From contig OZ176058.1 in assembly GCA_964247055.1 (NCBI GenBank), positions 2,914,001-2,978,000 of the forward strand: a DNA stretch of 64,000 bases, given 5' to 3'. Under the pieces are notes generated by a model. That model did not search any database. It was not told the DNA's origin and was given only the letters and a program-made list of their open reading frames with translations. The position numbers and the translations under genes were made by a program. Source of the DNA: Paragordius varius (lineage: Eukaryota > Animalia > Nematomorpha). The first letter of the stretch is position 1. Every line of letters starts with the position of its first letter. Shown one piece after another: positions 25,982-39,965 of this stretch.

Positions 25982-28900
25982 TTAAACAAATTTGTCTTTT
26001 GGAAGTGGTTTAAAAAATAATTTTTGGGATTTATAAAGCGTAATTTTCTTCCTGTACATGTACCAAACGCCAGCAAAAACGAATGGGAAATAGAGTAGTA
26101 TCTAAATATAAAAAAATTTATATATTTATAAATATAAAATATTTTTTTTGAAAATATTTATAAAAATTCAAATAAATTATAAAATTATCATATAAGATAC
26201 AGTAAAAATTGAATTTATACGGACAAAAAAATTAAAGACCTCTTTTAAGACAACCATACTTTTGCACCTTAATTTATCGTACAATAAACATTTAATTACA
26301 ATTATAAAATACATAATTGATTGTGTTGTAGTTAATCAATGAGTACTGAAAAAAATCAAGATTAAAAAGGTTGTCTTTTTAAAAAAAATAAAATCATCAT
26401 ATAAGAATTTAACACATAAAATATGAAAAGTAAAAAAAAACTAATATCCAGCTAATAAACCATATTTTTAAATATATTCATATAGTAAAGTAATAACGTA
26501 AACATTGAGCATTTTTTATTTAAAAATTATATTACATATTAAATTTAATTGAAATATTCATCCAAAATTAAAAAATTAGAAAATATTTATTTTCTTAAAT
26601 AAATTTTTCGATAAAAAACCTTGTAAAATCTCCGTTTTCGTTCTTCGAATTGAGGATCAGCTGACCAGCGCAAAAAGGTCACCACATCTTTTGCTAATTG
26701 AGATAACGTCGCCGGGGTTCCTAGAAAAAAAACAAAATAAATTAGAAACAAAGAATTAAAATTTATAAGATAAAAAATTGAAAAATAAATACTTTTAATT
26801 TAATAATATATATTTTACAAAATCTCATAAAAAATTAAAATATTGTAATAAAATGGATAAAAAGAAAACAATAAATAAATACTTTTAATTAATTTATATT
26901 TTTCAAAAAAAATTGTACAAAAAAAGTTAAAATATGTTTATAAAATGGATAAAAAGAAAAAAATTAAGAAAAATTGAAACATAAATAAGATAATACTAGA
27001 CAACAAATTTCAACTTTTTTTAACTGCCATTCTTGTAAATTTAAAATTTATTTCATTAAAGTACATAATTAGTATATCTGAAAAGAAAATTGGTGTAGCA
27101 TGGAATTTTTTTATAATAAAGTTTATCGAAATTTTTTGGCCCCGATTTAACATTAAACTCGAAATTTCGGAAATTAAAAGTTTTAGGTATGAAGCCATGT
27201 ATTTTATATCATTCGAAAGAGCGCAGAAAACTGCATCTTTTAAATGGTAGTAAGTCATTTAAATCAATTGGATGTAAAAGTTATTTGGATTTAAATGGTC
27301 GAAATTTTCAATCCTTAAATAAGTCAAGAATTTTCACAGACAAACTAATATGATAATCATATAAATTTTTTTAATATAATTATTAGGGTTATATTAGTAT
27401 TTTATTTAAAAAAAAATGTTTGAAAAAGCTTTTGGTTTGCTTTTTTAATAAAAATTATTATTATCATAAAATTTTACCTAGTGGATACTAAAATGCATAG
27501 TTATAACTGTAAATTTATTACACAATGGCTATAAAAAATCAAAAATACCTTAAACTTTGTTTTTATCTTTAAAATTCAAAATTATCAGCCTTGGAAAGAA
27601 AATAAATTAATATTGATGTGGTAATTTTTAAAAAAACAAAAAACTTAAAAATGGCTGTTTTGAGTGACATAAAAGCAATAAAAAATGTTTTAATCAAAAA
27701 AACTTTCTTGTGTTATGTTTGGACATTCATCACTATCTAAACAAAGTTTAAGCTATTTTTATCCATTAGTTTTAATATAATAAAAAAAAATGCTCTCGCT
27801 TCGCGCGTTCGCTCTCTGTGTCCAATATTAAATGTCGATGTAATACATATTAGTATGCATTTTATAAAGTTTTTATTACTCTTTCAAATTATATAATACA
27901 AAATGGGCATTACTTGTATATTTTCAAAGAAATATATATTTTAATAAAATTTTGATAAAGAGGGCGTATAATCAAAAAAATCAATTTATACAAAATTCTT
28001 CCATCGAGTTATAATTTTTTTTTCAGATATACTGCTAAAATGATACTAAATATCAGAAAATTCAAAAAACTCGAGTGGCAGAAAAATTTGTTGTCCAGTG
28101 TAATAAATTAATGTTTATAAATTTTTAGATGTTGTAATAAGAATTAAATACATATAAAAAATATTTCGCAAAGAAGCAAGCATATAAAAGTTATATATTA
28201 GAAATGTAAAAATATATACATTTTTAACCTAAATTAATTTTATTTTAAATTATACGAAAAAAAAACATATTAAAAAATATTTTTTTAAGACCGCTGCTCT
28301 ATTATTTGACTTGTTTTTATAAACCAACTGTTCTAAAACACATATATGACATACATATACTAATTGGTAAAACAATAAATATATTTTAAAATTATAATTA
28401 AATAATTTATTTAAAAAAATTATAAAAAGTGGTTGTTGTATTATAAGAAAAAAATTTTAGTGTATAAATTTTGTCTGTATAATTTTTACAGTATAAAATT
28501 AATTATTGATTTAAGAATACAATTTTTAGTTTTTCCCATAATATTTAATTTAATTTAGGCTTTTCTTATTACTGCATTTAAAAGTCAAAAAAAACTAAAT
28601 TTAATCTGAAATTAAAATAAAGCTTTGAAACTTTTTTATTTATGCGAATATTTATAAATCACAATAAACAATTTCCAATATTAATTTCAAATTATCAATA
28701 AATGTTAAATTTGACGGGAAAAAGTAATTAAAAAATGCAATTTTTTACCTCACTATTTTTTGGATATATCAATTTTAACTTTAAATATTTTTGACAATTT
28801 TATTATTAACTTGATTCAAAAGCTATTTATATTTTTAATCTATAAATTTATGAACTTTAAAAAAATCCATTTTACAGGTTAAACAATAAAAACAAATTAA

Positions 28901-29223
28901 AAGTCATTTAAAACCACTTCTTAAAACATAATTTTAAAGTAGTGTGTTAAAACACTATAAAATCATTTAATTTATTGAATATTCGTAAATGGTAATTTTT
29001 TCAAAATTTTTTATTTTATGAGTTATATAACTACCATCTTCATATTCAATGATATCATCGTATAGTGCAGGGGCCATACTAATCGCTCCACCAGGAAAGT
29101 AAGGATTATAATATTGTTTATCAGCTATGGTCACACCAGCTGGGGCGTCTTCGTACCCCGTTAGAATGGAAAATATGTAATCCTTTTTTAATTAAAAATA
29201 AATTTGAAAAAATTATTTAAAGT

Positions 29224-29280
<57 letters not shown>

Positions 29281-32200
29281 TAAAGTAATATTAAATAACC
29301 CAAATATTTGAGTAAAAATATGAAACAATTGAATAACAGCCAAAAGAAATATGTCAATTTAATGAAAAAGGATTTTAAAATTTAAAAAAATATCAAATTT
29401 TAAGAAAAATATATAATGCAATTATTTTAATAAAATTAAATATAAATATATTAAAAAATAATTTTAATATAAACGGAGACAATATTAGGTTAAATTATGT
29501 AATGTTACAAATCATAATTAAAACTGTAAAATTAATAACACACCCAAAATTTCAAAAGAAAATTATTTAAGTGTGGCTAACAGCTATTTTTTGTATTTTA
29601 TTTTTTGCCTTCCCAAACTTGGATTAGTTATGAAGCACATATCTTATATGAAGTTAATAATTACTTGTAAGATAACCCATTTGAAAATAACATTAAATAC
29701 ACTCAAATAATTAACTATTTTTCACAAAAGGTTTATAATTAAAAAAACAGCTGTTTAACACATAATTTGCTCAATTAAAAACAGCAGATTACAAAATAAA
29801 ATTTTAAGGAAACACTTAAATAATTGATAAAAAAACTAAAAAATTAATTACACTGAAAATACCTTATTTTATATAAATTTATATAACTGACACGAGGTTT
29901 CATTTATTTATAAAACAGCTGTTTAACACAGCTGTCATTAAAAATTACCTCGTTGCCTTCCCGAGCCCGAACGATGAAACTCAGGTCGGGCGGGTAGGCG
30001 CCATTGTTAGCGGCCCGCGCGGCCTGTTCATTGGGATAGGGGGAGGGAAAAGCGTCTGCTAATTTCCCGGGCCGTTGGAACATGGCGCCGTGCTCATCGG
30101 GACCGTCTGTAACTGATGTCTGCATGCAAAAAAGTATGGATAAAATTTACAATCTATATATTTTGTAATGAAAATTTTTAAAAAGTTATTATGGAAACAC
30201 CTTTTTTTGGTTGAAATTAATCTTAAATATAGAGAACTATTTAATTTAAACTTTTCTAATATATATTTTTACTTTTGGCGAATTAAAAAAAAGTAATAGT
30301 TCAGCGGCCTCAACCCGTTTATTGCGATAAAACTTTCTCTTAAACAACAACTTTTCAGCTGAAACTTTTTCAAAATATAATAATCCAGCCATCATAAATA
30401 CTAATAAAAATTTTGTCAAAACTTTGAAAAGATTTTTAAATGTCAAATCTAACGAATGATTAAATTTTATCAATTTTATGATTAGTTTATGCTTTAAAAT
30501 TTTAATCGAAAATTTTTTAACATTCTCTAAGAATGTTTGATTTAAACTCTGAACCTAATAATTTTTTCAAAAATCTTGCATTTTTTAAAGTTTTAATATT
30601 AAAATTTAAAATACTTTAACTCAATCACAAAAGAGTCCGCTATTCATCGATAATTTAATAATCTTTTTACTTTATGACTTTATAACTCAACTGTGAAAAA
30701 TAGGCAAATTTTTTATAACAAAAAAAGTTTATCTCAAATAAATATAAAATCCTATTTACATGTCAGCGTAATCCCTTAAAAAACCTATCTAATTGAACAT
30801 TTTTTCCAATAATTTTTTTTATTTCTAATATTCCTAAAATATTAATATAATACTATAATTTTTTTATAGAATAACCAAAAAATGGTTAATTTTTGATGAA
30901 TTTTAATTACAAAAAAATAAACTAATAATAAGTCAATACTTCAGCAATTATTGGTTCCTCGACAATTATAAAAGTTATTCAGATAATTTAAATTTATTTA
31001 TTGTGTTCTATACTTTAATATTTCACATAATTTTTAATTTAAATGCTTAAAACTCAACATTTTCATTTTTTTAGGAATTAAAAGGAATGAAATAATTAAC
31101 AAATGTTAATATTTAATTATTCTTTTACTGTAAAATAAAAATCAAAATTAAAACATCATCGTGTTTACAATAACAATTTTAACTAAAAAGTTAATTTATA
31201 AATTATTTTAAAACTTTTTGCATTTTTCATTTTACTCAAAAAAAATGAGTAAATACTTCAGCGGCCTCAGCCTTGGCTTCCTCAACAGTCATGAAAGCGT
31301 CCGCTATTTGGCGATAAAATTTGTATTTCATACTGTGACAAGCAACGCAAACTTGCTTATATACGAAATAACCACGTCGAACGCTAAAATAAGTTTCAAA
31401 TATATTAAAAATATTTATAAAACTTCATAAATATATCAAATATAAAATAAAATCATAAAAATTTAGGATATTTGAAACAATATATGAAAGTTTTGAAATA
31501 TCTCAAAAATATTTTATTTAAGTTCAAAAAGACAAGTTGCATAAATACGAAACGTCGAAAGCTAAAATTAATTCATAAAATTATTTAAGTATAAAATAAA
31601 ATATATTGTAATATAAAAAAAATAACCAAATTTACTATACGGAAGTTATAAAAGAAATCACAAAAATACTTTATTTAGGTTTAAAAAAGACAAACAACGC
31701 AAAAACTTGCTTATATACGAAATAATCAACCGAACGCTAAAAGAGAAGATTAATTTATAAAATATTTTAAATATGAAATAAAATAATTTAAATATAAACT
31801 AAAATAATCGAAATTTATGGTTTTTTAATGTCAAGAAATAACCACGTCGAACGCTAAAAGTAAAAATAAATATATTTTTTTTAAAAAATAAATAAAATAT
31901 TGTAAATATAAAAAGGACAGCACGACAAACTTGCTTAAAAACAAAATAAACCCTTCGTACGTAATTATAAATCTATTTAAAAAATTTTATTGAAGATATT
32001 CGATAAATTATATGAAAATTTTAGAATTCAACAATATTTTATTTAAGATTAAAAATAAGTTCAGCGCAAATTTTGTTATAAACAGAGTGCAAAACGGGAA
32101 CAGATTTAATAATTAGTATGTTACTATAAATATAAAAAAATTAAAGTAAAATAGTAATTTACAAATAGAGATAATGGCTATAAATGCTGCGTCGAAGGTA

Positions 32201-34004
32201 TAAAAAGGAATATTTTTTATGGAAAAAATGTTTATAGTTTTGAAATATTTCGAAAATTTAAAATTTGTTTTAAGTGTTAGGTTTATAACTTTAGAATGCT
32301 TATATGCAAATAATCTCGTTGAAAGCTAAAAAAAGTTTTAAAATCAAAAAATTTGTAATGTTTTAAATATTTAAAACATTAGAAGATAATTTTGTAGTTT
32401 GGATTAGAGGACAGATTATACCGGACAAAACGTAAAAATATAAAGACAAATATTTTTTTAAAGCATAATTAATCTAAATATTAAATATACTTTATTATTT
32501 TAAACTGCAATTAGAAATAGATATATTAATATCACGTAATTTATATATATTAAATTTGTAGTTAAATAGTTTATGTAATAAAAACTAAGGTTTGAAAAGT
32601 ATGTTGTCTTTTAAAAAATTATTGTGATTATATTTTTACGTTTTGTCCGTATAAATCGATTTTTTACTGTATTAAGCTTATATAGATGTTAATCTGGCAG
32701 AACTCACGGGAAAATATAATTTTATTTTAAGTTTTTGAAAGTTTTACATATTTAAAATTATAATAATATTTGAAAACAAATTAAGTTTAAAAATTATTTC
32801 AATATTGTTATAATATGTGAGCTATTTGCCATTAAAAATTTGTAATTGTTGTGACATAAGCAAAGCAAACTTGCTAACCGCTCTTCGAACGCTATAAAAA
32901 TAAATGTTTTTACTATTTAAAAAAATTTAAAAATTTGAAAAAAATAAATCCAAAAAAATAAAATCAATTAAAAAAATTTTCAATAAGTTTTACATAAGCA
33001 ACGCCACATAGCTTAAAAGAAACGCTATAAAAAATTAAAAAAGTTTAATATTTTTTAATATATTTTAAATAATTGATAATTATTTAATTTTAAAAGTAGG
33101 AGGTCATTTTTTAAAACCGTTTAAAAGAGTTAAAAAATGCAAACTGCCTTCCATATAAAATAACCCTTTTAAACGCTAAAATAAAATAGTAGTTCATAAA
33201 AGTTATGATTAAAAAAGATTCGAAAACTATAATTCTGGAAAATTATTCCGAAAACCTAAAACAATAAAAATAATATATGCTCTAAAGTAAAAAGTTATTA
33301 TACAAATACCACCTTGATTAAGGTTGTTAATTTTTACTATAGAAGTTGTGAAGCTGTAAAAATGTAATAAACCAAAATAAATTTATATAAAAAATTTAAT
33401 ATGCTTTAAATTGTCCCTAAAGCTTTGACGAATTCACATTTCAAAAATTAATAAATATTAGATAAATAATTTTTAATCAGAGTTTATGTTGATATTAAGA
33501 AAAATAAAAAAATTATATATTATATCCTTATTTACATATAATTATTATGATTAACAAAATTTTAAAATGAAAATGTGTAAAACAAAATAAAATTAAATAA
33601 ACTTGTATTGATTTTATTTTGGAAATTAATATCTGATATTTTATTTTAATGCAAAAAATAAATAAATACCTAGCCATATCGAGTGTATCGAAAATGCCTG
33701 AATGACTCCAATGTTGATGCGGGGGATGTAAAACGAGTTTTGTCATTGCATTAACCGAATGCTCGAGACTTAAAACCAACGCCAAAACACCGGTTCCACA
33801 AGCCCCAAGTATGTAATAAACCTAATTAAAAGTTTAACATTTTAAATGATACATATTTCCGTCGATTGCCATTAAATTTTGGGAGGTACGATGATTTATT
33901 CTAATATATTTTAAAAATTAGTAAACTGTATGAAGATAATTGAAGGTTTGAAAATTTAATCTAGAGAAACTTCTGATTAAAATATTAGCAAAAGGCATGA
34001 CCAT
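25982..34004 (-). CDS. CYC1: Cytochrome c1 (complex III) precursor, about 314 aa. Firm exons: 33821-33670, 31383-31257, 30119-29949, 29182-29035, 26720-26620, 26101-25982. Inferred presequence exons: 34004-33927, 33900-33853
   Basis: Translation includes [11 protein letters not shown]...[19 protein letters not shown] (CxxCH heme motif), [64 protein letters not shown] and a C-terminal TM segment [16 protein letters not shown]. Phases match across six GT-AG exons. The first two exons need 26- and 31-nt introns and are less certain. Confidence 0.95.
31390..33185 (-). repeat. Decayed tandem copies of the CYC1 acceptor plus first about 50 nt of the heme-motif exon
   Basis: 8-10 variants of (plus strand) GACAAGCAACGCAAACTTGCTTATATACGAAATAACCACGTCGAACGCTAAAA. 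See findings. Confidence 0.85.
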
Positions 34005-35074
34005 CTCACACACGCATGTTATATATTTCCATAACACCACAACGAAATATGTTTTTATATATTTTAAAAATAATGTAATAATAGTATTTTTGCTTACAAT
34101 TATTATAATTCAACTTGGGTAAGAGCTTGATTCCTAAAAAATATTTGTGATTAAATTTTAAAAAAATATCATCCACAGCACCATAAATCGGAATATTCCT
34201 TCTGTAGATAATTACATGGGTAATTTGGACACAAGATTAATTTGTTGCACTATAAATGTCATTAGATTTTACATTTTGCCTCTGTATTGAATCACCATTT
34301 CATAACTCTTAGCAATTTAATACCCTAAGATTAATTAATATTTATAAAAAGTAAATTTCAGCCATGGAGCAAATAAAATATTCTTTCTTTAGGATTTTAG
34401 GCTCATAAAATCGAAAATATCACCAAATCTATTGGCTACCATATCTATATCGTTAATACAACAGCCAGATAAAGTATGTGAAATAATGTAACATTGGACT
34501 TGTAAATCAAAATTTACCAGAAAATTAGTGTGTTGATTCTAATTTTTTTTGTTTAGCAGATTTAATATTTAAATTTTAACCAAAAATATTTAAAACAGTA
34601 TTTTATTACGTTAAACTCGAGGTCGAAAAATCCAAAATAACTTTTTATAATTGCGTGTTGTATTAACGATTTTAAAAAAAATCAAAAAAACAATAGTGCC
34701 CATATGAAATATTTTTACAATATTTTTTTCAAATGTTTTTATGCAAAAAGGTGAAGGAAAGCATTTTAAATGCTAATACCTCATATACTTGTTAAAATAT
34801 ACAGATTTTAAATCGCTCTGCGATATAAAGCTACCATAAAAGGTCATAAAGTGTTAAATATTTGCTAATTTGAATTTAAAGTCTCTTAAAGGTACAAAAC
34901 TAAAAAGGTAACCCAATATTTATATATAGCACAATTTATTGGTTATGAGTTTTCGGGATTAACGCAAAATCAGCGCATGATAAGAATACATTTCCCAAGA
35001 CTTAAACCAATTAATTGATTAACACTGCGTCCGAAATCGGGCTATAATTGAATCTTCCGGTGAAATATATAACC

Positions 35075-35345
35075 TTTACAAATCCAAATCCCCCTCTAAT
35101 TCAAATTCACCCTAAAAATAAATTCTGTGTTTTCCAACTGATAAACTCATTAATATAAAATATATCTTTATGACAAAGTTTATTTTTTTCCAATATAATA
35201 TTAATTTAAAACAAATTTTTTTTAAATATATATAAAAATATAGGCAATTTTCAATCTTAATAAACATATAAGGTTTGAGGGTGAATTCTAATTGTTTAAG
35301 GGGAATTTGAATTGCTTAAGGGTGTATTTGAATAAATGGTACATA
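35075..35345. mobile_element. Degenerate copy of the 21-bp-subrepeat MITE, about 1.1 kb upstream of CYC1
   Basis: TTCAAATTCACCCTAAAAATAAATT and GAGGGTGAATT repeats, with an internal sequence matching 11280-11440. Confidence 0.7.
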
Positions 35346-35369
35346 TATATATATATATATATAATGATA

Positions 35370-36415
35370 GTGAAATATATCAAGATTATCATGGTGTATT
35401 TGGTTTTTGCCCTTACAAGTGATTTAAAAAGGTTTACACTTTAAAGGTAAATGCTCCTTATTAGAAAATGGCCAAATTTACGTACATTTTTATGAATAAT
35501 CTTTTTGTTCACAACTAAATACCCATTTAACTAAAATATATCTTAAATTAGATAAAGAAAAAACAACATTTTATAAAATATTAATCATTAAATGTGGGAT
35601 CCGAAGTCCCAAATTTCCTTTTTAAAATAGGCAAGTTCTCTTAAAATACAAAAGTCGCGAGATTACGCTATAAAATATTTAAATATATACTTGTTGACAT
35701 TAAAAAAAGTTTTTTTCGAAAAAATGCGTATTTTGCCTGAAAATTTCGTTAAGACCACTTCATGTTATTTTGAGGCATGATAAAAAAGATAAAAATACGC
35801 CTTAAGATATTATAAAATGCCATATAATTCCATGATGCTGAACTATTGTCTCAGAATTTTGATTAAAATATTCGTTTGTTAAAATTCATGTAATGCAAAT
35901 TGTTTTATTCACAAAATTTCACCCATAGCAGGAGCTAATTAAAGAGGTAAAAGAAATGTTTAGCGTCATCTAACTATATAAGGTGATATTATAATATCAA
36001 TTCCCTCATCTCTCAAACTAATATGAAGTAGGATACAATAAAATTTTGTTATAAGTTAACTATTCACAAAATAATTATTTTTCGAATATATTAAAATTTA
36101 TGATATTAAAATTTTTACCAGGCTACCATTTTTTTAGAACAATTAGCCCATTTTAAAAGAGAATAATTGGGGAATTAACTAGCTCAGAATTATATAAAAA
36201 TACTACATTGCTTTTATGTAGCTTTTATATATTTTGATATTCTCGAAATGAAGCATTTAGCTTTCACCAAATTTTATTTAACAAATTGTGCACAAATTTT
36301 GCCATTTTTAGCAGTTACTACAACAATTTAATTAAAACCAAAATCATCACGATAATCCTAATACATTTTTGTATCGGAATAAATTTTCATCATATTCTTG
36401 TGGACACTCTGTTCA
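35370..36415. mobile_element. Copy of the GATTATCATGGT family
   Basis: Same left motif at 35385, internal GTCCCAAATTT...TAAAATAGG, and right CATCACGATAATC...GGACACTCTG. Confidence 0.55.
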
Positions 36416-38527
36416 GCAAGCGTTTATAGAAAATGGTTAAATTAATTTTACTTATTCATATTTCGTACTCCACGCTTTTCAGACTTAATACATCTCCCTA
36501 TTATTGCGAAATTCAAAAGTAAAAGACTTTCAATATTATTATAATTTAAGTGCTTTGCTTTTACTGATATAAGTATTTCGTTAGATTTTTTTCAATATTT
36601 ATTAACATTCATAGGCACAAAATATTTTACATAGTGTACATCGGGAATATAAAACTCGACAAAATAATGCTTTGATAGATTCATAGGATTATCATGGTCC
36701 TTTCGGGCTTTATGAGAAGCAAAAACATATTTCTATACTTTAATCAACATAGATGCCCAAAGGTAGCAAAATTTTGGCTTAAATGACGCAAACTTTAATA
36801 TATTCTAGATGAAATTACAAAATTAATTTTTTTGAAAAAAGCATACTTTTTAAAACTATAATTTAGCCAAAATTTGCTTAAGATGCTTATTTTGTGGTTT
36901 GAAGCATCTTAACAGCGGTATAAAAAACTTAAGATATAACTTTTATATATACTAGGATGGTGAATATCTCATTAAGAAAATAAAAATAGATTTATTCGAC
37001 GCGAAATTTAAGTAGATTTTTGGGGAATATTATAAACTTATTTTAAAAAGAGCAAATCTTTTTATTAAATTTAGTCGTCAAAAAACTGTTTAGCAAAATG
37101 TATAGAATTTAATATCTTATAGTGTTTTTTAATTAACTAAACCTACATTTGCAATATATTTTAATAAAATTTGGTTAAACTAATATTGCATATTAATATA
37201 ACTTTATTTAAATACAAAGCAATAATATAACCTTGTTAAATTTGTAAAATATCGGTTTAACAACTTAAATTCGTATGACTTTCCTTTAATATAGATGGCT
37301 GATTTTCAATATCAGAAAAACTCCGAGATACTTTTTTAAATCAAAATATTAGACTCAAAAAAATGCTTTATTATTTTATTTTCATAATATTTATCTAAAC
37401 TACAAATATTTTCTTTGGGTAAAATCTCATTATTTTTTGTTTTATCAATTTCTTTTAGGATGCGAATTTCTGTATTTATGAACGGTTTTCTAAATCATAA
37501 CGATATTAGAATAATTTTTTAGCATAATCTAAATTGTTTTCCTTGATATATTTCATTTGCATATTATTATAAGACATAGTAATGAATTTTTATTGACAAA
37601 ACGTAAAAATATATAAACAAATAATTTTTTTAAATGACAAACATACGTTTTTAATCGCTTATTTTCTGTATAAAACATTGTTAAAAAATGCAAAGTATGA
37701 AACAGATGTTTATTGGTAGGTCAGTAAATTATAAATTTTACAATAGTAATTAATGATATGTTTATGGGAAATTGTAGTTAAATGGTTTTACAAAATAATA
37801 TTTGTCTTATATTTTTAGGTCCGTATAATTTCATTTTTTACTGAAAAATTCGATATGAAATATATAAAACTAAAATTTTGATTCCCTTGTATATTCCATA
37901 CTATATAAAAAAAGGCGCGCCTAAATCTTGCATTTGAAATTTATACTTCCACCACTGCGCAAATGGCTGCATTTAAGCGGTTTGACTGGTGTGAAACCTA
38001 ACTCCATGTATGATTCAATCTAAAAATAAACATTTACTAATTAAAAAAGGTTAATATTTGTATAACGCAAAATGAACCAATTATTTTTTGAATGGGTTTA
38101 TGGTTGTATGTTACCCATATTTATAAAGGACCCTGCATTTATAGATGGATAATTTTTATATGCTACAAAAAAATTAAGCAACTTTGCAACTTTTAATAAT
38201 TTAATTAATTAGGCATCTATTTTTAATAGGTCAATTACTTTTCCAAATATGCTTTAAATTTTATAAAGATAAAGACTGGTGTTGAATATCAACGGCACAA
38301 ATATATATTAAATTAAGAATTTTTATAGATAAAATTAATTCATCGAATGCAAAACACCATATATAGGCAAGAATCGAAAAGATATGCTTTCTATATAAAG
38401 AAGAATATTATTTTTTTATTTTCAAAGGTTATTTAACAAGTTTATAGTAAATAAATTAAATTTCTCTTTAAACCTTAAATTTTTCATTTTATCAATTAAT
38501 ATTTTTTTTATTAAAAAATCTTCTACG

Positions 38528-38530
<3 letters not shown>

Positions 38531-38590
<60 letters not shown>
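38531..38590. repeat. (TA)n microsatellite, longest of about ten in the window
   Basis: Pure TA run. Others near 2754, 15128, 19312, 19480, 25642, 29227, 54024, 56924 and 59150. Confidence 0.95.
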
Positions 38591-38593
<3 letters not shown>

Positions 38594-39419
38594 AATTTGT
38601 ATTAATTTACCTGAATCTACTTTTCTAAAAGCAGAAATTTTAAATAATTAGTAAAACTTCAGTTTGCAATCTTCAGTTGTGTTATAAAAAGTATTTAAGA
38701 TTAACATTAGACGAATCTTTAATTTGTAAAAGCCCAAACCACATAATTTAAAAATTATGGTTAAAAATTGTGTAGTTAACAAATATTAAAAACACACTTT
38801 ATAAAGATTAAAGATTTATTATATATTATAAATTAGTGATTTGAAAAAATTATTACTTGTCTTTATATAAGATGGTTTACAGTAACAACCGTAAACAATT
38901 TAAAGATATATTAATAAACACACATACACTTTCAAATGGTTTTCCTACTTTATCTATTTATATATAATTAATTTTAAAATTACACGGACAAATCCGATAT
39001 TTTATATAAAAGACAGCCATAGTTTATACTTGATTTTTGAAATATAAGTGTTTGTTCTAAACTACATAATATAAAATGGAGATGTAAAATGGTAACACAA
39101 TCCTTTATATATTTTACGATTCTAATTAAAGGATTTTAGTAGAATATATATTTTATAAAAGTATGGTTGTCTGAAAAAGGTTTTCATATTTTAGGCTTTC
39201 TCCGTATAATTTAATTTTACGAGTTTAAATTTACATCTCTATTCCCTCTTTTGCAACGTAAAATAATGAATTATATTAAATAATTTATTTAATCTATACG
39301 TTTATCAGTAAAATTATAATTTTATTTACTTACTTAATTGATCTTAGTGTGTTACATAAAAAATAATCAATCCGATTATCATTGTTTGGAATAATTTAGG
39401 ATTAATATTTTTAAATTTT

Positions 39420-39965
39420 TTAGGGCAAATTAGGTATCTAAATACTTCAGAATAAATTTAATTTAATATTTTAGAATAACTACAGAAGGAAACGGTCCCA
39501 ATTTGAATTTATGATTCTATCCAAATAAAAATTATATAAATAAGCTAAAATATCTAAACAAAATTTCGTTTTAAAAATTTCATGTCAAACTACTCTGGCA
39601 TCATTTTTATTCTGCAAAATTTTTGCAAAATATCGTCCTCATTAAATTTAAGGGTAAAATTGAAGCTAATTTTTTATTTAAATTATATTTAACATTGATA
39701 GAAATAGAAAAAGTATTTTGTATAATTTTTCAATTTCATTGGACAGATATGACGTTGACTATTTTTTAACCTTACGGTTTTAGCTTAAAGTAATATATTT
39801 TGATTAAAGTTTTTCATACGGTTAATAATGTTATATGTGCAAATTTTTCCATAGTTCGATTCCTTCCATATTTTTTAATGAATTTAAATTTAAACAGGCC
39901 TGGGGTATTCAACTACCCCAGATTGAATCAAAGGACTAAAATGAATGTGTTGTTTCCAAGTGTTA
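39420..39965 (-). mobile_element. Solo copy of the TTAA MITE family
   Basis: Contains GGAAACGGTCCCAATTT, GTCAAACTAC and CCTGGGGTATTCAACTACCCC and ends CCAAGTGTTAA. Confidence 0.75.

Noticed and set aside
27010-27258. 82-aa minus-strand ORF in a CYC1 intron
   Set aside because: It contains the GCTCTTTCGAATGATATA-type motif typical of non-coding transposon interiors and has no protein signature.
30246-30473. 75-aa ORF containing [11 protein letters not shown]
   Set aside because: The resemblance to cytochrome c1 comes from a decayed exon echo; the rest is AT-rich intron.
31384-33185. Echo acceptors as recursive-splicing sites or mutually exclusive exons
   Set aside because: They read AG|CG rather than AG|GT, lack donors, and carry indels and stops.
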